64,000 bases of DNA from a virus. Taxonomy: Duplodnaviria; Caudoviricetes. Location of the stretch: IMG/VR virus record IMGVR_UViG_3300029305_003710, positions 1 through 64,000 of that record, one strand, 5' to 3'. Each line of letters begins with the position of its first letter. The first letter of the stretch is position 1. The notes beneath the pieces are model-generated. The model had not been told where the DNA came from. It did no database searches and worked only from the letters and a program-made list of their open reading frames with translations. A program made the position numbers and the translations under genes. Of this stretch, positions 35,349 through 44,458 are shown in pieces.

Positions 35349-36536
35349 ATGAAAATCCTCTATCACAGCGAGTATGACGGCGAAGAGTTTGACCGTGAAC
35401 GGTATCTGAACTCTCTCCGTAAGTATGGAGAAATCGACGAAGAATTAGCGGACAAGGTTATCAAGGAAAAGATTGAAGCCTTCCCGATTAGACACTACTC
35501 CGTATTGGTAAAAGAAGCAATCCCTTTATTCAAGGGAGAAGACGCTGCGAGAAACTACTACGACGACCACCACGAAGGGAATGTGGGGTTTGAGAGGCTA
35601 CGCAGGATAACAGGTAAAACACAATAGTTTATGCCTGTCAACTAGCGTAAACTTGATATGATATAATATATCAAGGTTTTCATAGCCAGACTCCACTAGG
35701 GGTCAGAAGTAAAAAATAACTATGGAGGCAACGAGAGATGAGCAATCAAACCTCGTGTTTTAGAAAAATCAAAACCTTAAAATATCTGTATGAAATCAAC
35801 GAGGACGGCACAATCTTACGAAATGTGAAGTCCAAAAAGCACCTCAAAATCAAACTCGATAAACACCATTCACCGCAAGGGTATTATAGGGTTTGGGTAA
35901 AAGGCAAACCCTATATGATACATCGGTTAGTGGCAGAGTGCTGGCTAGGAGATAAGCCAGAAAAAGCAGAAATCAACCACATCGACCGCAACTCGCACAA
36001 CAACCACTACTCGAACTTACGGTATGTATCGCACTCCGAGCAGATGAGAAACCGCAAACTCTCCCCAAGGATTATCGAGCAAGCGAAACGGAACTGTCTG
36101 AAGTGGACAATGGAAAATGTAGCAAAGCCCGTGAGGATTGAAAGCGAAGAAGGACAAATGCACTTCCTCTCGATGAGCCAAGCGTCGGCTTATATTGCGG
36201 GAAAGACAGGCAAGACGAAAGAGCATATCAGGGCGAAAATGAAAAAGAGGCGTAAACAGATATACGATTATAAGATTAGTTATCTAAAATGTAGAGACTA
36301 GACACGCTGACCCTACGGGGTAAGGAATAGTCCAAGACCGACACTTGTATTTAGTCGGGACATTAGAAAGGTGGTCGGATGGCAAACGCGCCGAGGAACG
36401 CGAACGCGTGAAGCACAATGTTGACGGGGTTTATACCAAAGCCGAGAAGTCTGACCGAGAGATTGAAAAACAAGCCCATATCTCGGATAATCAGGACGAA
36501 TATCATAAGACCGCGGTCTCGCTTGACTTTTCTTGA
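35349..36536 (+). CDS. Stand-alone glycyl-radical domain protein (NrdD C-terminus-like), spliced: exons 35349-35615 and 36348-36536, 151 aa
   Basis: Joined exons read FERLRRITG|YLVGTLERWSDGKRAEERERVKH, the NrdD glycyl-radical motif. Confidence 0.9.
35616..36347 (+). mobile_element. Group I intron (732 nt) with HNH ORF
   Basis: Exon ends in U; P1 acaggu/gccugu (35633-35638); P3 uagcgu/acgcug; P7 gacua (36296-36300)/uaguc (36328-36332); terminal G 36347. Confidence 0.9.
35738..36301 (+). CDS. Intron-encoded HNH homing endonuclease
   Basis: IHRLVAECW...INHIDRNSHNNHYSNLRY. Confidence 0.92.
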   Translation: MSNQTSCFRKIKTLKYLYEINEDGTILRNVKSKKHLKIKLDKHHSPQGYYRVWVKGKPYMIHRLVAECWLGDKPEKAEINHIDRNSHNNHYSNLRYVSHSEQMRNRKLSPRIIEQAKRNCLKWTMENVAKPVRIESEEGQMHFLSMSQASAYIAGKTGKTKEHIRAKMKKRRKQIYDYKISYLKCRD

Positions 36537-36647
36537 AAAATAATATAAAATAAAGAAGACAAGTGTCTTTTCCGTTTTAGCACTTGTTAAACCTCACTTG
36601 CCTGGAGGGGGTCTGCATATTCCCCCTCCTCTTTGAGAAAGGGAAGA

Positions 36648-36812
36648 ATGTTTGATTTAATTAGAGAAGGCTTATTGGAACATACTTACGATTCCGTAGA
36701 AGAATATAATGCGGAAGTCCTAAGAATTAGTTGTTCCTTACAAGAAGAATTAGGTCGAGCCGAACGATTTTATCTCTCTGAAGAAGGGAGAAAGGAAATT
36801 TTCGATGAGTGA
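36648..36812 (+). CDS. Small hypothetical protein
   Basis: MFDLIREGLLEHTYDSVEEY; read by eye. Confidence 0.55.
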   Translation: MFDLIREGLLEHTYDSVEEYNAEVLRISCSLQEELGRAERFYLSEEGRKEIFDE

Positions 36813-37122
36813 ATTAGCGGGGTATAAAGGAGGTCGTTTACATCGACCAGTTCCCTTGGAGAGAATCCTTGGGAAATTCAAAAGTGAAATTATCAATTTT
36901 GCTGCCGACCAATGGACAGAATATTCGACCGAATGGCTAGCCTCTCAAGTAGTAGAAATCTGGTGGGAAGACCTCCCCAAAAATGTGTCCGTTAAAGAAG
37001 TGGAGCAGATTGTTGCTCGATGGGACAAAGAAATCAGAGACTTGATTGATGAGTCTTTTGAACCTTCCCCTAGGGAGGAGGCGTTGAAAGAAATCCAACA
37101 AGAAACTCTAAGAGGGCTTTAG
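36805..37122 (+). CDS. Hypothetical protein
   Basis: 105-aa ORF. Confidence 0.6.
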   Translation: MSELAGYKGGRLHRPVPLERILGKFKSEIINFAADQWTEYSTEWLASQVVEIWWEDLPKNVSVKEVEQIVARWDKEIRDLIDESFEPSPREEALKEIQQETLRGL

Positions 37123-37274
37123 CAGAATTTACCACTTGATTGATTCCGTGAAACGAAGTAAAATAATAAATAGGAAGACTTAGGCTCATACTTTCCACTA
37201 AGTCTTCTGTCATGCGGATAACCTCGACTTCGCCCACCCGAGTCGGGGTATTTTGTTGTGCTACAATCAGATTA

Positions 37275-37853
37275 ATGTATAAACGTCCTAAATGTAAAAT
37301 CTGTGGCTCGAATACTCACTACACGTATGCGTGCTATAAAAAGCCTAAAAAACCTATCGTAAAACGCAAAATAAAGCCCTTTCCAGCGACTTTAAGCTCA
37401 AAGACGATAAAAATATCGTCTGCGAAGAAAAACGAGCAATCGAAACGTAAAAAATTGATTAAAGACCTAGATAAATACACAAGCTTGATTTGTAGATGGA
37501 GCAAAGCGGATTCTAACGGTAACGTCCGATGCTACACCTGTGGAAGGTTGATGCCAGTCTGGGAAGCCCAATGTGGACATTATATCTCTAGAAAATTTCA
37601 GCATACTAGGTGGCTTCAAACTAATGTACGCCCTCAAGGACGTTGCTGTAATATCTATAAATCGGGGAATTATCAAGTTTATGAGCCTAAAATCAAAGCG
37701 GAACTCGGAGAAGATGAGGTTCTCAAACTCTGGGACAAAGCTTACGATAAGCGAAAAATCCCAACTTATGAATTAGAGGAAATGTTAGTTAAGATTAAAC
37801 AAGATTATAAGGAGTTGATTAATGCCCGTAAAGAAAAAGGCTGGAAGTGTTAA
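37275..37853 (+). CDS. NinG/Rap-like recombination endonuclease
   Basis: CYTCG...AQCGHYISR...NVRPQGRCCNIYKSGN. Confidence 0.85.
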   Translation: MYKRPKCKICGSNTHYTYACYKKPKKPIVKRKIKPFPATLSSKTIKISSAKKNEQSKRKKLIKDLDKYTSLICRWSKADSNGNVRCYTCGRLMPVWEAQCGHYISRKFQHTRWLQTNVRPQGRCCNIYKSGNYQVYEPKIKAELGEDEVLKLWDKAYDKRKIPTYELEEMLVKIKQDYKELINARKEKGWKC

Positions 37854-38028
37854 AAAATCCGCCGAAGAGGAATATAGAAAATATACTTGTCTAGAGTGCG
37901 GAGCTAGGTTAACGAGCCAAGAAACTCGGCTCTTTTTAGAAGGACTGTATTGTATAGACCCGAACGGGGATTCAAGACAACTTTGTCTCTCGTGCAAAAG
38001 TTACTTTTCTAGGGAAAATACTATATAA
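37822..38028 (+). CDS. Small Zn-finger protein
   Basis: CLEC...CLSC. Confidence 0.5.
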   Translation: MPVKKKAGSVKKSAEEEYRKYTCLECGARLTSQETRLFLEGLYCIDPNGDSRQLCLSCKSYFSRENTI

Positions 38029-38083
38029 TTAGAATATATCACCCAAAAGGAAAGAATAGCAGGAAAATAAAATTGGACTAGAT

Positions 38084-38797
38084 ATGTATGTTTACCGAAA
38101 GCAAAAATTATCTTCAAATATCAGGGAGATAATGAATTGTATATCTGAAAAAAAAGCTGAGCCAAAAGCTAAACGCCTTTTTGAAGAGACCGAAGTTCTA
38201 TATCTTAGAAAAGCTAATCAGATTCATAAATATTTTGTAGATAAATTCGCTGATGGGAATGACGACTGCAAGCCAATCTATATCGAACTAGACGACCTTA
38301 AAGAACTAAAAGCAATTTGCGAACAAATTATTAAAGAAAGCTCATTGGCGGTAAACATTCTCAAGGGAGGATGGGGTAGTATTTTTCAAAAGAAGGATAA
38401 AAAGGTGAAACTTGGAAAACCTGATTATGAAGAAAAGACTTTCCGCCCACTTGAAGAAAAATGCTTATCTGAACTAAAAGCAGGAGATTGTTATTTTGCA
38501 AACGAGGGCAACACCCTTCGCTATATCGAAGAAATCGAAGACAAGGGTGATGAAGTTCGGATAGCTTATCAGGAGCTTTATCTGGGGAAAGAAATCGAAG
38601 ATAAAAGCTTGGCGGAGAAGCTTCTCCCAACTCAAGAAGGATTTTTCTTCGGGAGCACAGATTACGATGAATGGTATCTTGCCGACCTTAAATCCTATAT
38701 TGAGCAAGTAGATGAAATTATCAAAGACCATCAAGCCTTGATTGGCAGCGGAGTGAAGGACTGGGACATCGATTATTATTATCAAGCGAGCTGGTAG
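38084..38797 (+). CDS. Conserved hypothetical phage protein
   Basis: YLRKANQIHKYFVD...DDC; LLPTQEGFFFGSTDYDEWY; YYYQASW. Confidence 0.8.
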   Translation: MYVYRKQKLSSNIREIMNCISEKKAEPKAKRLFEETEVLYLRKANQIHKYFVDKFADGNDDCKPIYIELDDLKELKAICEQIIKESSLAVNILKGGWGSIFQKKDKKVKLGKPDYEEKTFRPLEEKCLSELKAGDCYFANEGNTLRYIEEIEDKGDEVRIAYQELYLGKEIEDKSLAEKLLPTQEGFFFGSTDYDEWYLADLKSYIEQVDEIIKDHQALIGSGVKDWDIDYYYQASW

Positions 38798-39145
38798 ATG
38801 GACTTTTCTGTTCTGAGGGAGGGGGCGTATCTCTGTTCTTATTCGGTTAATGGGGATTCCAACGAGCCGCCGTTTATCGCTAAACTGAAGAAAACTAAAT
38901 CAGGATTTAAGTTAGATGTAGGGGAGGGCGGGATTGAGGTTATCAAACCAATAGCCTGTATCGAGGATTTCTTAAAAAGGGGTTACAAAGTCGTCAAAAG
39001 GAATGGTAAGGTAGGTTCGAAGGATGTCTTGAGGGTTTGGAGCGAGACTAATTTTACGGTCTATCCCAATCGCGCTGGGATTCCACTTTATTGTAAATTA
39101 GCTGAGCAACTGGTAAGAAAGGATAAAGGTAAAAGTCTATCTTGA
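38798..39145 (+). CDS. Hypothetical protein
   Basis: 115-aa ORF. Confidence 0.6.
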   Translation: MDFSVLREGAYLCSYSVNGDSNEPPFIAKLKKTKSGFKLDVGEGGIEVIKPIACIEDFLKRGYKVVKRNGKVGSKDVLRVWSETNFTVYPNRAGIPLYCKLAEQLVRKDKGKSLS

Positions 39146-39169
39146 ATACCGTCTTGGCTTATGGTACAT

Positions 39170-39350
39170 TAGGAGTGGAGTTAAGAGCGGTGGAAAACAC
39201 CGAAGCATAGATAAACCGCCGACTCAAGACCTTGAGGCTATGCTCAGTGGTCAAAGTCTTCCTTTCATGGGGAGCAAAAAGGTTCCTATCGCTAGTCCAT
39301 GGTAAAGATAGGTCAGTCCACCCGCTACGGGTGGATTTCAGTCCTGAAGG
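39170..39350 (+). ncRNA. Candidate structured RNA upstream of GIY-YIG gene
   Basis: Hairpins ggtg-gaaaa-cacc, agcatag/ctatgct enclosing ctcaag/cttgag, tccacccg/cgggtgga. Confidence 0.4.
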
Positions 39351-39359
39351 AAGATATAA

Positions 39360-40061
39360 GTGCAAGACAGAAATCTTTTTAGTATTATCCATTGCGAGAA
39401 TAGCACTCCTGAAGCTAAGGCCTTAAAACCTAAAGGTCGTCCCAAACGGCAAAAGGGATTTATAACTCCTAAAAAGGGAATCTTTTATCTGTATTTTCTG
39501 AAATGCCAACATAGATGGGATTATGTTGGGGTAACAAAAAATTGGCGGGGGCGAATAAAAGAGCATATCAAAGGAGAAGGAGCGAAATTCACACGTCGTC
39601 ACTCCCCTATAAAGGTGATAGGGGTATGGAGACTTGGAGAACTCAATTATAGCGAAGCCGAGGAAATTGAGGACAATTTTACTCTAGAGATGATGGCGAA
39701 ACATAAAGGAAGGGTACGAGGCGGGCATTTTTTGGAAGAAAAATTAAAACCGGAAGAACTCCTTAAATGCTATGTCGTCCAAGAGGGGTGTATTGCCAAA
39801 TATGAACGAATAAATGTCCCGATGGATATGATTGGGAGTTGTCATTCTATCGCATCAAAACAAAAAACAAAAGCAAAGCGGGCAAAAATATCTAGACGTT
39901 GTAAAGATAAGCAGGTCGCAAAAATGCTAGGGTTAAAAGGAATGTCTTTTGATGAGGCGGTGGATACCCTATACGATTATTGGGTGTCGGAGGGGGAGTT
40001 GACAAAAACGAGAGATTGTGCCGAGAAAAAGATTTTACAAAAAGGATGGTATATCCCGTAA
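39360..40061 (+). CDS. GIY-YIG nuclease domain protein
   Basis: FYLYFLKC...YVGVTKNWRGRIKEH...GAKFTRRH...EEIE...VRGG. Confidence 0.88.
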   Translation: MQDRNLFSIIHCENSTPEAKALKPKGRPKRQKGFITPKKGIFYLYFLKCQHRWDYVGVTKNWRGRIKEHIKGEGAKFTRRHSPIKVIGVWRLGELNYSEAEEIEDNFTLEMMAKHKGRVRGGHFLEEKLKPEELLKCYVVQEGCIAKYERINVPMDMIGSCHSIASKQKTKAKRAKISRRCKDKQVAKMLGLKGMSFDEAVDTLYDYWVSEGELTKTRDCAEKKILQKGWYIP

Positions 40062-40824
40062 TAAGTTTTTTCTTTAGGGACAGATTTGGTCTGAAGGCAT
40101 AATATAAGGATGGAGGTAAAAGGGGTATATTGTCTTCGGATAGGCTTCGCCTTATCCGTGGTCGTTGGCACGACCAAATTAGTTTGTAGTTTAGAAGGTG
40201 AATTGTTTAGGAAGATGTTTTCGATTGGTCGCAAGATGGAGTGGACAAGCTGGTTGAAGAAATAGACCCCCTTACCCCCATAAGCATAAGGCAAATAAAA
40301 CAACTTAAACTTGTGGAGATAAAGGAGGTCTAATGGCAATCTGGAGAGTTGTCTCGGCAGTGTCATAGTGGGTTCTATCCCTTCGGCTCGATGTATCTCA
40401 ATCGCCAGCCTCATTTTAATTAGAGTCAAATGTTTCGTTGAACTCTTGAACCCAAACAAAACCGCTCGCCCAAACATTCCCTCGTATATATAGCCATAAT
40501 GGTCTTCCCATTATGCGAAAGAACCTTCGCTTGGTTAGGCTACTTGTCTAAACTCTTGTTCCCATCTATAAATAGAAGTTTCTGTCTAGCTTTTGCCATT
40601 CGAGCATTCCAGACTTACACTGGTCTCGGTAGATTCCGTGTCTTGTCACCCAAGAGCAAAAACGATTTTATCCTTGGGAGAATAATTACGTTTATGTTCG
40701 ACTACTCCCTGCACACTTTACAAGAATTAGCTCTTTGTGATATACTAGTTCTTGTAGTGTGTTTTTGTAGTTAGCTCTATTATAACACATTTGTGTTGTA
40801 AGGCTGTGGTACACTATGTTCTAG

Positions 40825-40844
40825 CCTCCCTTCGGGGAGGTTTT
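40825..40844 (+). terminator. Intrinsic terminator
   Basis: cctccc-ttcg-gggagg-tttt. Confidence 0.75.
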
Positions 40845-40913
40845 ATGCTATAATAAGAGTAGATTATTTTTCTTATAAACAGAGCCCCTAGAGGGTCTAA
40901 TACTAGGAAACCT

Positions 40914-42281
40914 ATGAACTTCAAAAACAGAATTATCACTGCCCTTGGTGGCGTGCCTAAAGAGACCAACAGTGTCCGTGGCAACGACTTCCTTCGCTTT
41001 GGAGCTAGAGAACGGCTCGTCGATGACTGGAAGGAAGTCAAAATGGACGACGAAGATGTTTATAAAGGCTATCCGTATGCGGCAATACAAAAACGTGCAA
41101 ACAAAGTAGCAACCCTTGCAAGGGAAAATCTCTATACTTGGGCAAAACCCGAAGTGGTAGACGAATTCCAAAAACATGACCAAGACCCTCTTCACCCTTA
41201 TCTCAAATTAATTGAGGACTCGGAGGATTTCTCATTTAAACAGTTTTGGAAAACTATTTGTATTTATTTAGACTTAGCAGGTGCTTTTTATCTAGGCGCT
41301 GTTAGGAATGGTAGGTTCAGCAAAGACCCTAACTATCCAAGCATCTTTGGTGATATTACCAAATTTGTTCTACTTAACCCTTATGAAATCAAACGTGTTC
41401 TCGATTCCGATGGGAAGGTTGCGGGCTATTTAGAAACCAAAAAAGACGGCAGGCAACGTGAGTGGCCTACTCACATGATTATCGCTATGCGGGAGCTTAA
41501 TCCTTTTAACTGGGATAGGGTGTGGAGTATGACCGACGCCGCTAAAGAAGAAACTTATACCCTTAAACAATCGGGAAACTTTACTCGTGAGACCTTGAAT
41601 GGGAATCTTAATGCTCCTGGTATTCTTACTACTGACGTAATCCTAGAGGACAATCAGTTTGCTGATTTTGTATCTAGGGTTAAGAATCATACCAAAGGCG
41701 AACCTGTATTTGGCAACGGCACTGGGGCTATCAAATGGGAATCTATGCAACAAGACCTTGATAGAGCTGCTCTCATGGACATCAACGAAATTAATCGCAC
41801 AGCTCTATTCGCCGTATCAGGGACTTCTAAAACCGCTTTAGGGATTGAACAATCTGGCACTACTCGTGAGACTGCTAGAGTTCAGACCGAACAATTCATC
41901 TCCGACACCGTCCAACCTAGGCTAGAAGATATTATCGACTTCTTGAACCTAGATTACAAACGATTCTACGCTAGAGAATATAAAACTACCGGCTATTGGA
42001 TTGATATTAAATCCGCCGCGTCTCGTGATTACACTACGGAAACCCAAGCAACCCAAATGCGACAAGCACAATCGAGTCTGGCGTTTGAACTAATGCAAAA
42101 AGGCTATACTACACAATCCTCCTACGATTATGCGGAAGGCAAGATTGAACTTTCTGGCCTTGAGCTTGAAAAGGGTTGGATAAACCTCAAATCGCTGAGG
42201 AGTCTAGTATCCCTCCCAAAAATACCCCCTCAGACGCTCCAGAATCGCCTACAAGCGACGATAATGAAAAAGATGATATGA
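40914..42281 (+). CDS. Portal protein
   Basis: Portal-like architecture (YAAIQKRANKVA, YLDLAGAFY, LLNPYEI, NGNLNAPGIL, TVQPRLEDIIDFLN); first gene of head module. Confidence 0.88.
   Translation: MNFKNRIITALGGVPKETNSVRGNDFLRFGARERLVDDWKEVKMDDEDVYKGYPYAAIQKRANKVATLARENLYTWAKPEVVDEFQKHDQDPLHPYLKLIEDSEDFSFKQFWKTICIYLDLAGAFYLGAVRNGRFSKDPNYPSIFGDITKFVLLNPYEIKRVLDSDGKVAGYLETKKDGRQREWPTHMIIAMRELNPFNWDRVWSMTDAAKEETYTLKQSGNFTRETLNGNLNAPGILTTDVILEDNQFADFVSRVKNHTKGEPVFGNGTGAIKWESMQQDLDRAALMDINEINRTALFAVSGTSKTALGIEQSGTTRETARVQTEQFISDTVQPRLEDIIDFLNLDYKRFYAREYKTTGYWIDIKSAASRDYTTETQATQMRQAQSSLAFELMQKGYTTQSSYDYAEGKIELSGLELEKGWINLKSLRSLVSLPKIPPQTLQNRLQATIMKKMI
42170..42200 (+). promoter_or_regulatory. Putative -1 frameshift signal
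   Basis: A AAG GGT heptamer (42170-42176) then cctca/tgagg hairpin (42185-42200). Confidence 0.6.
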
Positions 42282-44458
42282 CTCCCATCTCGGAAGAAAA
42301 CTCGGCTAAAATAAGCCAAAATCAGGCACCAGAATCGCAGGGGTGGGTGGGGATTAAAACGAGCCCTATTGGAGTGAGAGAACGGCTCTCCGAGATTTTG
42401 AAAAAAGATTTATACAATGGGGATTTACAAGGAGAAACGAGCAACATTCCTGCTGAGGAGAATCCTCATTTTACGGCAGTTTACGGATTAACAGCCCAAG
42501 GCATGAAGGGGATAAGAGAATATCTAAATGAGAAAATCCAGACTCTTTCTAGTGTGAAAATTAAAAATATAGATGTTTTCGAACCGGATAGAGACTATAA
42601 AGTTATAGTCGCCCGTTTGGAAAAAACCGCTGATATTAGCAATCTACACCAAGAGCTTTTGGAAAGGGGGCATTACGACCAAGAGTTTCCAGAGTATAAA
42701 CCCCATATCACTTTATGCTATGTTAATAAAAACGCTAATGCTGATAAGTTTTTAGAGGCTTTTCGAGACCTGAAAGGGCAGACAATCAAAATTATCGGGT
42801 ATGATTTGTCATATCCAGAGGATACACAAGAAAATACTACCCTTATCTTTAGGGAAGGCTTAATCCCTCATCAAGAACTGCTAGAAAACTCAAAAAAAGC
42901 TGAAACCTCTGAAGAAGTAACTTTGGATTCCCGACTTCAGGAATCCAAACATAACCATCAAGAATGCGACTGTGGTAAAGTTGAAGTTTTGATAAACGAA
43001 CTTGGGGAAGACGGCAAAACTCTCGAAGAATCTTATAAAAAATTTCTAACTGATATTGAATCAGTTCAAAAGGAAACTTACAAAGCCTGCGTCTCGAAAC
43101 TTACAGTAAATGCTTTTACCGAAGAAGATATCATCGGGGAGCGTAAAAAACGCAACCTGACTAATAAGTTGAAGAGTATCATTCAAAACTACTGGTGGAT
43201 TCTCACTCCCTTGCTGGCTAACTCTCTGATGAAAGACCGAAACGAAGAATTTGGCGAGAACGTAAAGTTTGTTTTTACTAATGAACTCCAAAACAAGGTC
43301 GAAAATAATGCCTCAAGGGTTGCCGAGGGACACATGGAAACCATCTTGAACGATGTCCTCACGGCTTCCAACCGAGCCTACACCGAGATTACAGAACGAA
43401 AGGCTGCCGAACTGATTATCGAGGCTTACAAGGCCAATCAGCCTAAATATGTAAAGTATTTTGAAGAGCAACCAAGTATGACCGAGGCTCTACAAGCCAT
43501 CAGGAATACCGATATTTTGGACGAAAACCGCAAGATTTATGAACGAGCCAACGAACTCGCCATGCAAGGCTACAAGCGGGAAGATATTATCAAAGACATT
43601 CGAGCTAGGTATAATCAACTAAGCGAAAAACGAGCAGAAGTTATCGCAAGAAACGAAACCTCAAGGGCGTATTCTCATTCTCAATATGAGGCTGATACGC
43701 AATTCCTCAACTCAATTGGACAGCTAGACACGGCCTATAAGGAGCTTTACTCCCTCCGACCGGAGAACGAAAAGGACAAAATCTGCCCTATCTGTGAGGC
43801 GATTATCAACCAAGGGCCAATTCCCTTTACTCAGAACTTTGTCTCGTTAGGGGAAACAATCACAACGGAGCGGGACGGGAAAGTTTATAACTTTCTCTGC
43901 AACTACGAGAATATCGAGGGAGGGACAATTCATGTGAATTGCTTTTGTAGGTATAGACTAATCTTAAACGGAAAGACTTTGAATGAAGTACCTGATAATG
44001 GGCTTGATATTGATGGCCCTAATGATGGGAGGATTGATAATAATAGCTTTGATAGCGAAGCCAAAACATTGAACGACACCTACGACGCTACCGGACGCAA
44101 ACATGACGAAAAAGGCAGATTTACAGAGAAGATAGGGCAAGTTAAAGAGAAAGATGGGGCTTATCATGTCGTCACGGGGCACACAGAGGGAATGTTCCCG
44201 ATTGAAGAAACTCGTATCTTTGACGAGAAAAAAGACGCAGAAATATTTAGTGGTACTTTAAGGGCTGGGGCTAAATCTAAAACAGAAGCTTCAGTAGAAA
44301 TCAGAGGGAGAGGAAGAGAATATTGGATTTCCTATGAGTTTACTGATTCCGCTATACCAGAAACCGGAGAATATAAAACTTACTCCGAAGCTGCTTTGGC
44401 GAAAGAAGGGTTCGAACTTGGAAGACAACTATCTTTAAGGAGAGGACGTAAAAAGTGA
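42176..44458 (+). CDS. 2H phosphoesterase (Acb1-like) fused to MuF/head-morphogenesis domain
   Basis: PHFTAVY and YKPHITLCY (two HxT motifs); RAEVIARNETSRAY...CPIC...IHVNCFCRY. Confidence 0.85.
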   Translation: MDKPQIAEESSIPPKNTPSDAPESPTSDDNEKDDMTPISEENSAKISQNQAPESQGWVGIKTSPIGVRERLSEILKKDLYNGDLQGETSNIPAEENPHFTAVYGLTAQGMKGIREYLNEKIQTLSSVKIKNIDVFEPDRDYKVIVARLEKTADISNLHQELLERGHYDQEFPEYKPHITLCYVNKNANADKFLEAFRDLKGQTIKIIGYDLSYPEDTQENTTLIFREGLIPHQELLENSKKAETSEEVTLDSRLQESKHNHQECDCGKVEVLINELGEDGKTLEESYKKFLTDIESVQKETYKACVSKLTVNAFTEEDIIGERKKRNLTNKLKSIIQNYWWILTPLLANSLMKDRNEEFGENVKFVFTNELQNKVENNASRVAEGHMETILNDVLTASNRAYTEITERKAAELIIEAYKANQPKYVKYFEEQPSMTEALQAIRNTDILDENRKIYERANELAMQGYKREDIIKDIRARYNQLSEKRAEVIARNETSRAYSHSQYEADTQFLNSIGQLDTAYKELYSLRPENEKDKICPICEAIINQGPIPFTQNFVSLGETITTERDGKVYNFLCNYENIEGGTIHVNCFCRYRLILNGKTLNEVPDNGLDIDGPNDGRIDNNSFDSEAKTLNDTYDATGRKHDEKGRFTEKIGQVKEKDGAYHVVTGHTEGMFPIEETRIFDEKKDAEIFSGTLRAGAKSKTEASVEIRGRGREYWISYEFTDSAIPETGEYKTYSEAALAKEGFELGRQLSLRRGRKK

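Noticed and set aside
39320-39345. Third IS200/IS605 end at the tccacccg/cgggtgga hairpin
   Set aside because: Spacing and cleavage motif do not match convincingly on either strand.
39170-40200. Second group I intron around the GIY-YIG gene
   Set aside because: No P7 gacua/uaguc pair, no splice-site U/G context, and no flanking exons that rejoin.
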